Origin: Lama glama
Taxonomy: Eukaryota
Length of the DNA stretch: 64,000 nucleotides
Assembly (NCBI GenBank): GCA_028534125.1
Contig: CM052817.1
Coordinates: 47,122,001-47,186,000, forward strand
Direction of reading: 5' to 3'
Position numbers and translations under genes: made by a program. A model generated the notes under the pieces. It made no database searches, was not told the DNA's origin, and worked only from the letters and a program-made list of their open reading frames with translations. Shown one piece after another: positions 50,271-64,000 of the stretch (position 1 is its first letter; each line of letters opens with the position of its first letter).

Positions 50271-52559
50271 TATTTTGATAACCATCTTGATTATCCCTGC
50301 CATTTAAGAGGCAAGTCTGGCTCTTTGTGATGTTGGTCAGATGATTGTTTCAAAGAATCTCTGAGACCCATCACCTCCAATACCCTGACTTCCTGTCTTT
50401 GGCAACAGCAGGCTCTGCTTCCAAGGAATTCTGTCTAAAATGGTCTGGATGACAGTCTTACCTTTGAAGGAGGGATTGAAAGATGGCTGACATTGCTTTC
50501 TAGGCCCAGGGGACTAAGAAAACAGACAAGGGGTGCAGTCATGTTGGCAGTCCTGATTTGAAAGCATATGCAGGAGACAGATAACAGCAGCAGAGACGGG
50601 AGCCCTGAATTCCCAATACTAACAGGACCAAAAGGGAGACCCAGAACTACGGGGGCTGAGGGTGCAGAGTGGCTATAGGTCCAGCTATTCTAAGCCACTT
50701 CACTTGCAGTTCCACGAGCAGATGGTGCAATTTCAACTCCATACTGTGCACTTGATTCTCCCGCTGCCTACAACTCATTCCCTTGCCGTTGACCCCCGGC
50801 TCAACATCCCGATCATTTTTCGAGGTTCAGTTGGTGGAGCACCTTCTCTACAGTACCTCAGTAGAATGGGCCAATCTTACTTTCAGTTTCCCATTAAAAT
50901 AGGTACATATTTTTATTATAATACCTATAGTACTTCTCTGCATTTACTTGAAAAGTCTGTTTCCTTTTATTAAATTTTAAGTTCCTTGAGGGTATAATAG
51001 GGTGTTCTTTGTCTTTTTATCCCTAATGCTTAATGCCAGGTCTAGCACATAGAATATATTCAATAAAGGTTTGTTAACTGACTGTATGATTGACCCAGAA
51101 GTTGTTAATTCAAACCCTTAGGTGCCCACTGATTTCCTCTATACACCAGGCAGTAACTTAGCCTTGATGACTAACTTTTCTTATTTCTGAAAGTTGAAGC
51201 AACATGCTTTGTCTCTACTCAAAAATGTTTTAAGGCCCTATGAAAGTGCTGCTGAAAGAGATTTCACTTGTAGATGAAAGCACCCATAATTCTGAGTATG
51301 ACTGTCATAAGATGGTCAGGATTGTGTGCCAAGTGCCACTTTTACTTTGTATGTCAGTATTTGCTGTTTACGTAACAGCTATTTCATTTTTCAATGAGAA
51401 CATTATCAGGAAAAATAAAATACGTTTCATTGATGGGTTTATCATACATTAGGAATTTCAGGTGAACATTTATTCCTGCCTTTGTAAGTAATTGTGGATC
51501 TTGAAAATTAAAACAAAAATTTTTTTTTGGTTGTTTGGTTCCTCAAATTACTTTCCTTTTCTGTTGTTTTAAATGATAAAATTTGTGGAACCACCATTTT
51601 ACCTCAATTTAAGATAGTTTTTTTTAAACTTTCAGAATATATAAATTAAACTTTGAATTTATGAGAAAATAGCACATTCAATAAATGTTTCATATGCACT
51701 TATTTTGTAAACGTTGACATTCTAGTTTTGAAAGGAATGCAAAATCCTCATTAAACTACAGCAAGGAGGGTAAGACGCATTGAGAAATTAATGTAATTAA
51801 TGTAATTTAAGGCAGAATGCCAGACACCATGTGCAAGGAGACTGGTATGGGGTCTAGAAGCAGCAGGGCTCACAAGTCAATGGATTTATATTTGAGAGGA
51901 AGACACTCAAGTTATATCATGTTTGGGACAAGCAAGTAAAAATTAATCCAAATCAGAATTAGTAAGGGAATTAGGCCATCTCTTTAATTCTATATACTTC
52001 TGGACTCTTGGGACCTAAGGTAAATTTGTCCTCTGACTTGGAGGTGGGGCGGGAAATCACAGGCATGGGAGTCATGATCTTTCCCTCTCCAGCTATTTCT
52101 AGCGCAGCTGGCTCAGTGACCTCATGGAAACCACGCAGCCAGCAGTCTCGAGACACCAGCTTAGGCCTCAGAAGTAGCAGGTCTAAAAATGAGTAGAGAT
52201 CACCTCTCCCTACATCAGTGGGTTGTTTTGTGGCACAAGCAAGACAATACATGTAAATAATTTGAACATTTATAAATCTCACAGCTTATAAGTATGTGAT
52301 ATTACATATTATAAAGATTAGCATGTATTACTTATTAAAAGTTGAATACTGAAAAAATAGCCCATTGATAGAAACTTGCCCATAAATAGTTCTGCAGAAT
52401 CGCTAATATCATATCCTTAAATTTCCAAGTGGGCTACTGGGAGGGACTTTTTTTCAAATCATGAAACGGTGAGCATGAATGATGACTGACTAAACCATTG
52501 TATATTCTAATAAAAGCATCATTACATGTATAGTTAGTACAAAGGCTTAACTAAGAGTT

Positions 52560-52900
52560 TTCTAAGAATTTATTTTGCAAAATTGTAATGCATGCCTGAT
52601 TTGCATGTAATACTTAATTCTTGTCCCAGAGACCTTGGCAGAAGCTTTATCCCACTGGTATTACTTAGTGATTTTTCTTTAGTTGAAAGGAGAAGGAGGA
52701 AGCCAGCTGCAGCTTTGACACTTACAATTGCACCCCATGTAATAGCAATACTTATGCAAGGGCTGTTTAATTTGAAAGTAACATCAGCCATGCAAGTTTC
52801 ATATCAATTGAAAATGAAAGGAGAAAAATGTCTGCCAAATGGAAAAGGGTTAAATTACTAGGATTAAGTGAAATAAATTATTTCCAATATTCTGTGAAAG
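52560..52900. promoter_or_regulatory. Candidate conserved non-coding element / enhancer
   Basis: Repeat-free; octamer ATTTGCAT at 52589-52596, CAATTG twice, E-box CAGCTG, multiple TAAT cores. Conservation is inferred, not measured. Confidence 0.35.
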
Positions 52901-55900
52901 TATAGCTAGCAAGTAATGCAAAATAAAAACTTTAAAAGTGTAAAGTTAAAATGATACTGAAGTACTAAATTGGTCTTATTTTCATTGAGCAGTTCAGAAA
53001 AATCTGATAATACTCTGTGTGGTGTGTGCAGCAATTCTCAGTGAAAATTTTAATCCCTTTTTGGAAAAATACCAGTTGTAATGATGTGTCTCCTCAACCT
53101 AACTGGCAGTGGACCGTAAGATTCTGAAGCTGGCTCAGCCTACACTGATGTGGGAGTGATTATTTGGGGACATTCCTTTGAGATCTGGGGGTAGGAGTTT
53201 GGTGGTAGCATGAATCTGAACCAAGTTTATATGTAGTACTGGTATGCAATCTTTTGTTTCCTTGCTTAGAAAGATAATTGTATTCTTCCAGTTTTATAAG
53301 TGCATCTAGTTGGGCTTAAAATATTACAAATTATTACAGTAAAAGAAATGTTCTTAATCTTAGAGGAAGTCAGAAAATAATAATGATGATGATGAAATCT
53401 GAGCACTAACTTCGGAGAAACCAAACCTAGTGCAGGCACATGGCTCACTCGAGGTCACTCAGCTCCTTAGCACCAAAGCCGGGTCTTAAAATGAGAGATT
53501 TGTGTTGCAACCTCCCAGGCCTTACTTTTATTCTTTGCTACATGAATTCTAGTCCTGTCTAGCTTTCAAGTACCACAGTTCCCACTGTAAAGCTCTCTTT
53601 CTTTTTATTGCTTTAATATTTTATTTTGAAGGGGAACTGTTTTGAAAGAAATTTTACTTAGACTATTTACTATAAAATAATACTTTATTTTTTATAACTT
53701 AGGACATAGATGGAAAGGCTGATTATTAATTTTGAAAGCTAGAATGTACAACAAACCAGTGTCTTCTGTATCTAGAATACGATCACTAATCAGATAGTTC
53801 AACATATCCCAGGAAATTACTTTACTAGTGCTACCCAGTATCTAGTTGATGCTAAACTGAAGAAAACTCTAAATATTTTATTTTAGAAGCACAGTGGTTT
53901 AGGGACATCCGTTCTGGTTCTACAGACAAAGACTTTGTTTCTTTTGAAAATCATTTAAACTCTAAGGGATTCAGTTTCTTCACTTGTGAAATGAGAGTCT
54001 CAAATTACTTGACTTTAATGTTCCTTCTAGATCTATGATTTGGGACTTTTTTGTATTTGTATCAAATTAGAACACTATAATCTAATGATATTTATGAATG
54101 ATATTTTCTTTCTGCATTATTATAGGACAATGGACTTTATTTTTAAATTTACTTTAGAACTTAATTATTGACACATTTCATTTAGAGGTGACAACAGAAT
54201 ATTTTTTAAAGTGACTCTAGAATATATCTGAATATACGTCTTTCACAAACACATCGTCAATAGCTTCTTCCACTCTTCTGTTTCCATGTGAATCTGGGTG
54301 GCAGAGAAGTACCTCTTGAGCTGCAAGGGACTCCCTTTTGAAACTGGGAACAATGGTTAATCTTCAGTGCAAGCTTCAATGTTATATAAGATTTTTTAAT
54401 AAAAATAAATAGTGATTTGCATATATTATTTTGAGCAAAAAAAAGAAAATCAAATTTCATAAACGTAAGTTTAAATTCAGGCAGGAGTCTTTACTTATAT
54501 CTGTTGGTTTAGGAATAGGAGGATCAGTAGAACATAGAAATAACTCTAGATTCCTACTTGAACAGGAGAGGAAGACTCAAAGACCCAAGGAAACAAGTAC
54601 ATACACACACACACGCGCACACACACATACACACATATAGCTTAAAAAATAATAGAAAGGGGAGACCTTACTGTAGCATTTGCCCCAAGATAGACATACA
54701 AGTGCAGCTTTTTGAAGAGGAAGAAGTACAGGCAACTTATGACTTCTCAAAAAGAAAGGAGAAGCCTGTTGTCAGAGATAGGCCCCAGCAAGCATGGTGT
54801 ACTGGCTGGCATCTGCTCTGGTTGTTAGTACTCATGCTTCACTGGCCTTTATTTTTCATATCTTCACATAATATATGGAAAGAATTCCCTAGACTCAAAT
54901 GGAAAATTATATTTAATCCATCAGGTTGCCTTTATTGTTCCTCTCCTACAATCACCAGGGACAGGCGAGAATAAACAGAACCCTTGCCCAGATGAATAAG
55001 GTTTTCAAATACAATGAAGAATAACTATCGAGAATTGCCATGCATTTAAGGAAAACTAGTATCAGAAGAGATGCGAAACTCAACAAATGAGAAAACTAAC
55101 ACTGGGATTATGGAGATAATAGAAGAATAAGAAAGCTTTATAATAGGCCTAATTAATATTCTCAGATTTGAGTAGATTTTACATCCATGAAAGACAAGTA
55201 GTCCCTTAAAGGGAGGAAAACCAGTTGGAATTCTTGCAAATATAAATAATCATAACCAATACAAAACATTTCAACTGAGATGCTAAATAGCTGAAATGAC
55301 AGAACTGAAAATCAACTCAGTACACCATAAGATGGAGCAAGTAATTTTATGTGGGAGTGTAGAATCATTTCTGTATCTGCAAAAAGATTTGCAAGAAAGT
55401 GTATATGGCATTGTTATTAATTGTAAAAAATGAAAAATAATCTAAACCCATGGACTAATTAGATTAATTATGGACAACTGTCTGTTAAAACAATCAAGTA
55501 TTTATGAATGTTCACAGACTTAGAAATATCTTCAAGTCATATTTTCACAAAAAAGTAATAGAATTACAGTTATAATTATATTTGTTTTAAGTAGTCCTGA
55601 AAAAATATATTTTCATATATGTATGCAATTATAGAGTAGTCTGGAAGAATACAAACTGAAATGTTAACAATTATTATCTTTGAGGAGGAGAGTTGATGTG
55701 GGAGATGAGCTGATCTGGGGGAAGATTTGCTTTCCATTTCGACTTCTATTATTTTACAATATGAATAATTCTGTATTATGCATATTACTCATATAACATT
55801 TTAAAATTTCAAAAAGAAAATAGCAAAATTCTTTGAAATACTCTACTGAAGGACAATTACTGTGCACGCATCCAGACCATTTATTATACATATGAATATG

Positions 55901-55959
55901 CAGATATATTTAATTTTCCAAAAATGGAAGCATGCATACATAATGCATTTAGGTCAATT

Positions 55960-57420
55960 TTTAATTAAACATTTTTCTTTTGACATAATTATAGATTCAC
56001 TTATAGTTGTGAGAAATACTACAGAGAGATCTCACATGCACTTTATGTTGATTATCCCAATGGTAGCATATTGTAAATCTGTACAGTATCACAACCATGA
56101 CACTGATGTTGAAGTTAAGATAGAGAACATTTTCATCTCTGCAAGATGGTTCACATATTTTCCTTTCCTAGTCACCGTCACTTACCTCCCACTCACCACT
56201 TTCTACTTAATCCCCAGCAACCACTAATATGTTCCTCATTTCTATCATTTCATCATCTTAAGAATGTTATACAAATGGAATCATACGGTATGTGACATTC
56301 TGAGGCTGGCTTTTTCACTCAGAATAATCCTCTAGAGATTTATTCAGGTTGTTGCATGGATCAATAGTTCGTTCCTTTTTACTGCTAAGTAGTATTCCAG
56401 GGTATGGATGTAACCATTTGTTTAATCAATCACTTGTTGAAGGATGTCTAAATTGTTTACAGTTTTTGGTTATTATAAATACAGCTGTTGTAAACACTGG
56501 TGTACAGGTTTTTTGTTACCGTAAGTCTACATTTTTCTGGGATAAATATCCAGGGGTGCAATATCTCGGTCATATGATAGTTACAAGTTCATTTTTTTTC
56601 AAAGAAATTGCAAAACTGTTTTCCAGAGTGACCGTATTATTTTACATTATTTCTTCCTTTCTAATCTACATAGCTTTTATTTCTTTTTCTTGTTTTATTG
56701 CACTGATTAGAACTTTGAGCACTATGTTGAATGAGAGTGCTGGGAGCAGGCATCCTTGCCTTCTTCCTGATCTCAACAATAAAGCATTCCGTCTTTCACC
56801 ATTAAGTATCATGTTAGCTATAGGGTTTTTGTACATAAATTTTTTTTATCAAGCTTAGGAAGTTACTTGTTCTTATTTTCCTGAGAGCTTTTTTTTCTTT
56901 TCAAATCATGAATGGTGTTGAATTTTGTCATACAGTTCTTCTGAACTGACTAATATGTGATTTTTCTTCTTTGTCTGATTTTCAACTACTGAACCAACAT
57001 TGCATCACTGGAATAAACTCTGTTTGAACTTGGTGTATGATCCTTTAATATACTGCTTCTTTTTGCTAACAATTTGGTAGGGATCATCTACATTGGTGAG
57101 AGATACTGGTCAATAGTTTTCCTTTTTTCTTTTTCTGCTGTCTTTGTCTAGTTTGGGTTTTAGGAAAATACTGGCTTTACAAAATGAATTAGGAAGTGCT
57201 GCTCCCTTCTATTCTGGAAGAGTTTGTTTGTTTGTTTTCAATTGATGTTATTTCTTTAAATGTTTGGTAGAATTCTACAGTGAAAACATGAGATGGATTT
57301 TTGGGGAAAAGTTTTAAATTATGAATTCAAGTTTCTTAATAGTGATAGTATATTCAAAATACCTATTTCATATTGGGTGAGTTGTGGTAGTTTGTGTTTT
57401 TTGAGGAAGTGGTCAATATG
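55960..57420 (-). mobile_element. Old L1 (L1MB/MC-like) 3' end joined to an ORF2 fragment
   Basis: atggaatcatacggtatgtgac..catccttgccttcttcctgatctc..ctttcaccattaagtat; internal deletion near 56645. Confidence 0.8.
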
Positions 57421-59839
57421 TAATGTATTTTTCATTCATTTTTTCATTAGTGTTGAATTGTAAACAGTTTTCTCTTTCTCCAAAAATACTTACAGAGTGT
57501 AATTTAAGTGATTATATAGATTTTACTTAATAGATATATCATAATTGATGTAACTAATTTCTTACTGTTGGGCAAATGGATTGTTTACAGATTTTCCCCA
57601 TTGTAATTACATTGTAATAAATATGGTTATACACATTCCAAAGTGTAATAGTTAAAAAGAAGGAAGCTTGGCCAAAGCCTGATTTATATCATTTAAAACT
57701 AAAATTCCATCTTTTCCAAAGGTATTCCAGTTCACTCTGATTATGGTAGTGTTATTTTCATAAAACTGTGACTCTAAGTACAAATTGATAGAAATTAGTT
57801 TTAGTTCTGTTCTGCCTCATTTCTTTGTTTCTTTCACCTTCCATCCCTCCTCCAGAAATGTTTAAATACAAATAATTAATTCCTGTTGTCAAAAAGCTTA
57901 AACAAAGAAAAAAAGAGGAGATAGACTTGATTGTCACAGTAACTCATCTTGGAACCAGGAGAAGTCACTTGAATTTCTTATCTTCACTTTCTTCAATTAT
58001 AAAGTGAAAAAAGTTGAGTTAGTAGTTATCTAAGATTATTCCCAGCACCTAAATTCTTATTTTCCTTTATTCAGGCCATCATAATGTTACTGAAGTGATA
58101 TATTCATCTTTTTTCCAATTTTTTTTGTTCTTTTGCATGATTTTTTGGGTAGCTATTGTCTGTTATTCTTTTTACACTTTCTGGCAGGGTTGTTTTATAT
58201 GAGAAGAATATGAAGGGGATACATTCTTCTGTCCCCACAGGAAGATTTTTCTGTATTTCACTTCATCTATGCTGTGTGGGTGGGAGAAATGATCACCGCA
58301 CCAAATTTCTCAATACACTATATAATACCTTATAGAATACGGAATATGCGCCAGCTCTTTCTTTTTATAGCCATTTGGTCTATCTGGGTCTTAGTTTACT
58401 TATCTGTAAAACGGAGGAAATTATCTACCTCATTGCTTTCCCTTAAGAAGTAGAAGAGGTAATGAATAGGAAAGTCGTGAAATGAAGTAGAAGTCCGGGG
58501 TGGAGCACCCCCTGGGTAACACGCTAGAAGGATTTCTCACCATTAGATGGCACAGTGGAGCAGAGAGTGTGTCCATCCTACACTGAACTCAGTGGACCTT
58601 AGCTAATTCCAGCCTCTCAAGCCAACCATCTCTTTCTTTCCCACTTTCATTAATCCACCCTTTTGATTCTACCTCCTTAGCTCCCAAGTCTTCCACTGGT
58701 ATTTTGAAGTTCTTCTCCTTTTAAGCTGTCAAGAGAAGAATTGTTGGCTACACATTTGCAATTGTCTGTCCCCACTCCATAGCTACAGGCTGGCTCACTA
58801 GCCTTGACTGCTCAGGAGGGAAGCCAGACATCTCGAGCCAGAGAGTTTGGCTATTATTCCTGCCAAGTTAAGAGTTGATGACATAAAACTTTCTTACATA
58901 TGCCCATATGTCTCTTGTCACTTTTGGGGGGTCTCAGTCCTGGGGGATTGAGTGTCAAAGTAGAGAACACAGTACCCAACACCTGGGAAGTCAGTGTATA
59001 GTCACTCTGGTCTCACTGGAGTGTGGGTGACTTAGTACTTTATAACGGACTCCAGAAGTCTCTGTAATTTACGTGTGATCAGGACAGTTACAGATACAGT
59101 TTTTCACTGTTTGTTTTTTTGATAAACTTCTCATTGGAAATAAATACATAAATAAGGAATACAGTTGTTTTCCTGTTTGCTATGGCTAGAAGATATGCAG
59201 ACATGCAGTGGTAACGCCGAGTCTTGTAGCAGGGCTGATCACTGAAAAAGTGCTCCAAACCAAGGGTTTTCCTTCCAGGTAGGCAGAGGTGTTGTACTCC
59301 AAAGATGTCATCTACAAAACAAGTGTTAAAAATTTCCTTTCTAAGAATATCTTTCGCCTAGTCCAGCTGGGATGCTCAAATTTTCCCTGTTTGGGTTTAA
59401 GGAATCATTTCTTGTGTACCCCATAAAAATATAGGTCCCATCAGGGTATGATTTCATATGAATTTGTTGTGGATTTACTGTATTAGCATAAGGAACTGGA
59501 TCCCATGGATCCAGGAAGCTAAATAAACTAGGTTAAGTAATAGCTAAGGTCAAGTTAAGGTCCCTTAAACACAGTTAGAGACTGGGTTTTGATGGAGTCA
59601 GAGCACAGGATATTTTAGAGGAAGAAGAGCGATCAGAGCAACCAATGGTATCCAAAAATACTGAGTGTCTACAAGGAGGTAGTGTAGTGTAGGCTTAAGG
59701 GTTATCAGCAGGTTAAGTGAGATCATGTACATAATGAAATATTATCCCAGAGCTTGGAACAAGACACATCCATACTAGTAAATAAAAGAGGTGCTTTCAT
59801 TTTTTAAAAGAATAGTAAAATCAAGAGAAACTGAAATAA

Positions 59840-60260
59840 AAAGTTACTATTACTACAACATGCCTTGCAGTTTGATGCTGGGTTAACAATAGAGAACAAT
59901 ACAGACGTGGTTCTTGCCCTCAGGGAGCTAAAGTTGAGTAGATGGGCAACTAACTACAGATTATAACAGAGTGTATGGTGCATACTCTGCAGAAAGTCAG
60001 AGCAGGCTGTTTGAGGAGCACTGAGGGCTTTCTAGAGAGATGACTTCCTGTTCTGCGACCTGAATGAGGAGTGGGTAGTGAGGTGAAGGGAGGAGAGTTC
60101 CACCATAGGGAACACACACATGAAATTCAGAACTGAGACCAGGCAGGACGTGTGTTAGGAGCCGGAAGGAATTTAGTTGTTGGAAGACAGAGTTCCGGGG
60201 AGGAGGAGGCAGTTACTGTTCTGAAATGAGGCTGAAGAGGTTGGCAGCAGAGGGGAGAGT
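59840..60260 (-). mobile_element. L2 fragment
   Basis: gacgtggttcttgccctcagggagct..ggctttctagagagatgac. Confidence 0.65.
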
Positions 60261-61219
60261 GGAAAGAGGTGGGCGTAAAAGACATACCTATAGTTGTTTG
60301 AAGCTGGAAGTGGCTGCTCCAAAGTGAGAAAAACCTTAGTCACCAGCACAGATCTGTTCATTGTTTTTGGAATATTGATGCTGCAACCAACTGTCATTGA
60401 ATTTAGGAGAAAACTGAACGTTCTTATGAGCATGTTCATGCTCTGAATCATACGCTACAATTAGAAGGTTGTTGCTTCTCTTCATACACTCTTTTTTCTT
60501 TTCCTCAGAAGGGTCAGAGTGATAAAAAGGCCAATGAGTGAAGAAGACACAGCTGAACAAACAGGGAGCTCAAAATTGTTACAAATTAAACAAGTAATAA
60601 GTATACAGGAAAAGTAATTAATACAATTTATGTCATACCCACTCACACCCTCTGATGAGGTAACCAACGTTAACAGATTGGTGTGCATCCTTTTCTGTGC
60701 TGCTCCAGGGCAAATACAGATAAAGCTATGCATACATAGAGAGCTGTTCCTTTGCATTTTAAAAGGGGCTAAACTTCACACCTTACTTTGAAACGTGCAT
60801 TCTCATTTAATAATACATCATGGACAGACAACATTCCTGTTTTAGAAACATTAATTGATCCAATCTTTTTACTGTTGCATACTATTCTGTAGTATAATGC
60901 GTTGTAGTTTAATCAACCACTCCACTCTTGAGGGACCTTCAAATTGCTCCCAGGTCATACTATAACAATGCTATAATAAGTGTGCATATTATAAGCTTTT
61001 ACAGAGTTTTTCTACAGGTTGTCATAGTGGATGCCCAAAATGTGGGTTGAGTGAGTCAACACAGTGTATAGGAATTCCTCAGTTTTTTTTCTTTTGAAGA
61101 TGCCAAGTGCTATTCTTTATTGTGAATCCTTGCAAGCAACCAATTCTCAAGTTTCCAGTGGTGGGAGTGGTGATTCTCAGCTTTGATCCTCTTCAGTCTT
61201 ATGAAGGCATCCTATAAGC

Positions 61220-62586
61220 CAGCAGCCCCCAAACTTGTTGGTTACAGGAACCTTACACTGTCAGAAATTGCTGAGAACCCCAGAGAGCTTTTTGTTCATG
61301 GAAGTAATAGCTATTAATATTTACCACACCAGAAATTAAAACTGAGAAATTAAAAAAACTTATGTTTTCCTTTCAAAGTAACAATAATAAATGCATTATA
61401 TAGTAACATAAATATTTTATAAAAAGTAGTTATTGTTTCCAAAACGAACAAACAAAATTAGTGGAAAGAGTGGCATTGGGTTTATTTTCTGCCCATTTCT
61501 TTAATATCGAGCTTAATAGAACACAGGTGGATACTGATACCTGCATCTGCATTCTGATAAGTTGGTTGAACAATATAAAGAAAATTGGGGTTCATACAAA
61601 TATGTAGTTGGAAAAGAGGAGCATTTTAATAAACTTTCAGATAATTATAGATATTCTTTGATGCTATATCAAAACTTGACAAGAGATAGTTTCATAAAGG
61701 TTATGTGCAATGTGGAGTCTGAAATCGTTTCAGTAAGGGTGTACTCTTGTCACTTTGAAATTCATCGTCCTATCTTGATTCTTGAATGGATCTTTTACTT
61801 ATACAGTGGTCATTTAAAAAATATTGATCCCTGAGTTATGTAGGCTTTCAAATGTAGTTGTTAATATCACAAGCAACACAAAAAAGTCTTTTAGTAGTAG
61901 GAAGATGTGAAGATGTTAGTGGTAGATACTAATTCTCTAAAATCTTAATTTCCACTTTAAATCTCAAAGATTATCATTGGAAGCATATACAGTTAATTAT
62001 TTACCTTGAAGTGACAGACTTAACTTCATTCATTTTGAATAAAATATTTGCCAGACACCCAGTTATAAATAACTGTAGCGTGTCTGTCATTGGTTCCTTC
62101 AAGCAAAATGGTGCTTCCTGGAAAAGAGACTAGTTTAGCTTATAATTCAAGCAATCTCACAGACGTTTTCTTGAGTCAGTCTTTGTACTTCCATTTGCAG
62201 CAGCAATGCTTTACACATATTCTTGTTTATTTCTTCCCACAGAATATTAAAAAGATGCGTATTCTATGGTTAATGCTTAAGAAAAGAAAATCAGTATGCT
62301 TTCATGCATCATCAAAAGCATTCTTAAATGTAACTTTTTTTCTTGCAAGTGTCTGACAGCAAAGAAATTAATAACTACTTCTACAATTTGGTTCCAGTAC
62401 CTGGATTCACATTAGGGCCCCCCAACCCCCAGTTTTATCCTCCATTGCTTTTGTACCATCAGTGCAAATACCAATACAGTGAAAAAGGCAATGGATTTTG
62501 TTTTTATTTTGAAAGTATTATGACCTCATTATCCCCCTGAAAATGTTTCAGGTAACTTTAAAGGTATAGTCAATGTTGAGAACTAC
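61220..62586 (-). mobile_element. Charlie1a-like hAT DNA transposon
   Basis: Left end cagcagcccccaaacttgttgg..gaaattaaaactgagaaatt; right end attgcttttgtaccatcagtgcaaat..agtgaaaaaggcaa..ttgagaac. Confidence 0.8.
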
Positions 62587-62595
62587 CCTTCTAGA

Positions 62596-62750
62596 TCAGT
62601 GCTTCTCAAAAATTAATGCACACACAAATTGCCTGGAGACTTTATTAAGATACAGATTCAAATTCACATAATCTTGAGATGGGACCTGGAAGTTGCGTTA
62701 GTAGCATGTTCCCAGGTGAAGATGATGCTTCCTGCAGGTGGCTACACTAT
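62596..62750 (+). mobile_element. MER5-like hAT MITE
   Basis: cagtgcttctcaaaa..cctggagactttattaagatacagattc..ttcccaggtga. Confidence 0.7.
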
Positions 62751-62767
62751 GAGTACTAAGTCTCTAA

Positions 62768-62978
62768 ACCTGCACCATCAATATAGTGGCCACCAGCTCC
62801 ATGGGACTACTTTGATTTAAATGCATAGTAATTAAGACTAAATAAAATTAAATGTTCAATTAATCAGTCATATTAGCCATATTTGATCACTCAAAGCCAT
62901 CTGAGGCTAGTGGCTTTCATACTGGACAGAACAAAGAGAACATTTCTGTTACCCCAGAAAGTCATTGGACAATGCTGT
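62768..62978. mobile_element. MER3-like hAT MITE
   Basis: caatatagtggccaccagc..ggctagtggctttcatactggacag..cagaaagtcattggacaatgctg. Confidence 0.75.
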
Positions 62979-64000
62979 TCTAGATGGTTTACATGGAGTT
63001 AATAATGACAGGCTCATGTAACTGTATTTATTTTTTGAATGTTAATCAGAAGCTATCCTTCAAAACATGTGGGGGCAACTTATGAATAACTTCACCATTT
63101 TTCTGATCAATGCAAAAAAGGCAAATAATTTAGGATTTTATGTTTTAAACCTAATAGCTTTAAATTGCTGGATTAATTTCTTAAAAACTCCTTAGTGCCA
63201 TGTCTTCATGAGTTAGGTAAATTAATATTGCCAAAGCTGGTGTGTGATAGTCTATTTTTTTGTAGAAGAAAGAATTCTATTTAAAGAGTTAAATGATTAC
63301 GAGTAACTGATATGGAGATAGAAAAATCCATGCTCACTGTAAATGATTTTCATAATCAAAATATAGTCTTCCATACAACTCACAAGGAACAATTTCAGTG
63401 AAAAAAGCTCCACTGAGGAGAATAAAAGATTACGCCTCAAAGGTTAGCAGGCGGGATAGTGTTTGTCCTGGGCACACGCCAGTGCAGCGTGCTGAGAGGC
63501 ATTCCTTGGAGTCCGCTGGGCAGTTCTTGCTCTGATGAGAGCTGGCCAAGCTCTGCATACCCCACCTGACTCAAGGAAACGTTCCAAGGTAGGCTTTCCA
63601 ACAGCATTCCTAGTCTGCAAAGTTCGCAAGCTGAGACGAGCCTAGCTGGAGTGAAGAGCAAGAAAAAGCTAACAAAAATAAAAAGAGGAAAGTGGGAAGG
63701 CTGTTCTAGATTTTTCTGCAGGCACTTCTGTAGGCTGTGTTCAGTCACCTCTCTCCCCATAAGCACAGTTTACCTTATACTTGTGAAGAATAACTTGTAA
63801 ACGTAGCACACCTGAAACAAAGCTTGTTCTTTGGGGCTAGAGGAATATTTCAGTAGCAAAGGAAAAAGCCTTTTGTCAAGCATTCCAGTTTTAAAAGTGG
63901 ATGTGGTGCTGGATGTTTTGGGAGAACTGAAAAATTCCTACCCAGTTAAGGGTCTCTTTTTGTATATCTAACATGCTTCCATTAAATTCTTCAGTCAGAA

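Noticed and set aside
550..63766. Remaining ORF-track entries as genes; CRISPR arrays or prokaryotic systems
   Set aside because: The ORFs are short, often start at non-ATG codons, and overlap repeats or low-complexity DNA. The sequence is mammalian and shows no repeat-spacer array.

Overview
AT-rich, CpG-depleted, repeat-dense mammalian DNA that is intronic or intergenic. It is most likely camelid: it has three Vic-1-like tRNA-derived SINEs, and I saw no Alu, Bov-A/BovB or PRE-1. Most of the window is ordinary decayed L1, L2, L3, MIR, MaLR/ERV LTRs and hAT DNA transposons. There are only weak candidate exons of an unidentified host gene, and nearly all ORF-track entries are spurious or repeat-derived. 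The standout is a ~3.1 kb non-repetitive insert (~1420-4497) that splits an L2 element. On the minus strand it reads as a degraded, multi-gene filovirus-like endogenous viral element: a C-terminal fragment of a VP40-like gene, a VP30-like gene (Cys/His zinc-finger and C-terminal motifs), a VP24-like gene, and a second, near-complete VP40-like gene. ATTAA-containing junction motifs lie between the genes. The order (VP40-like, VP30, VP24, VP40-like, no GP in between) differs from the canonical NP-VP35-VP40-GP-VP30-VP24-L. All homology calls are manual translations compared with remembered Ebola virus proteins and need profile-search confirmation. Repeat family names and boundaries are by-eye estimates.
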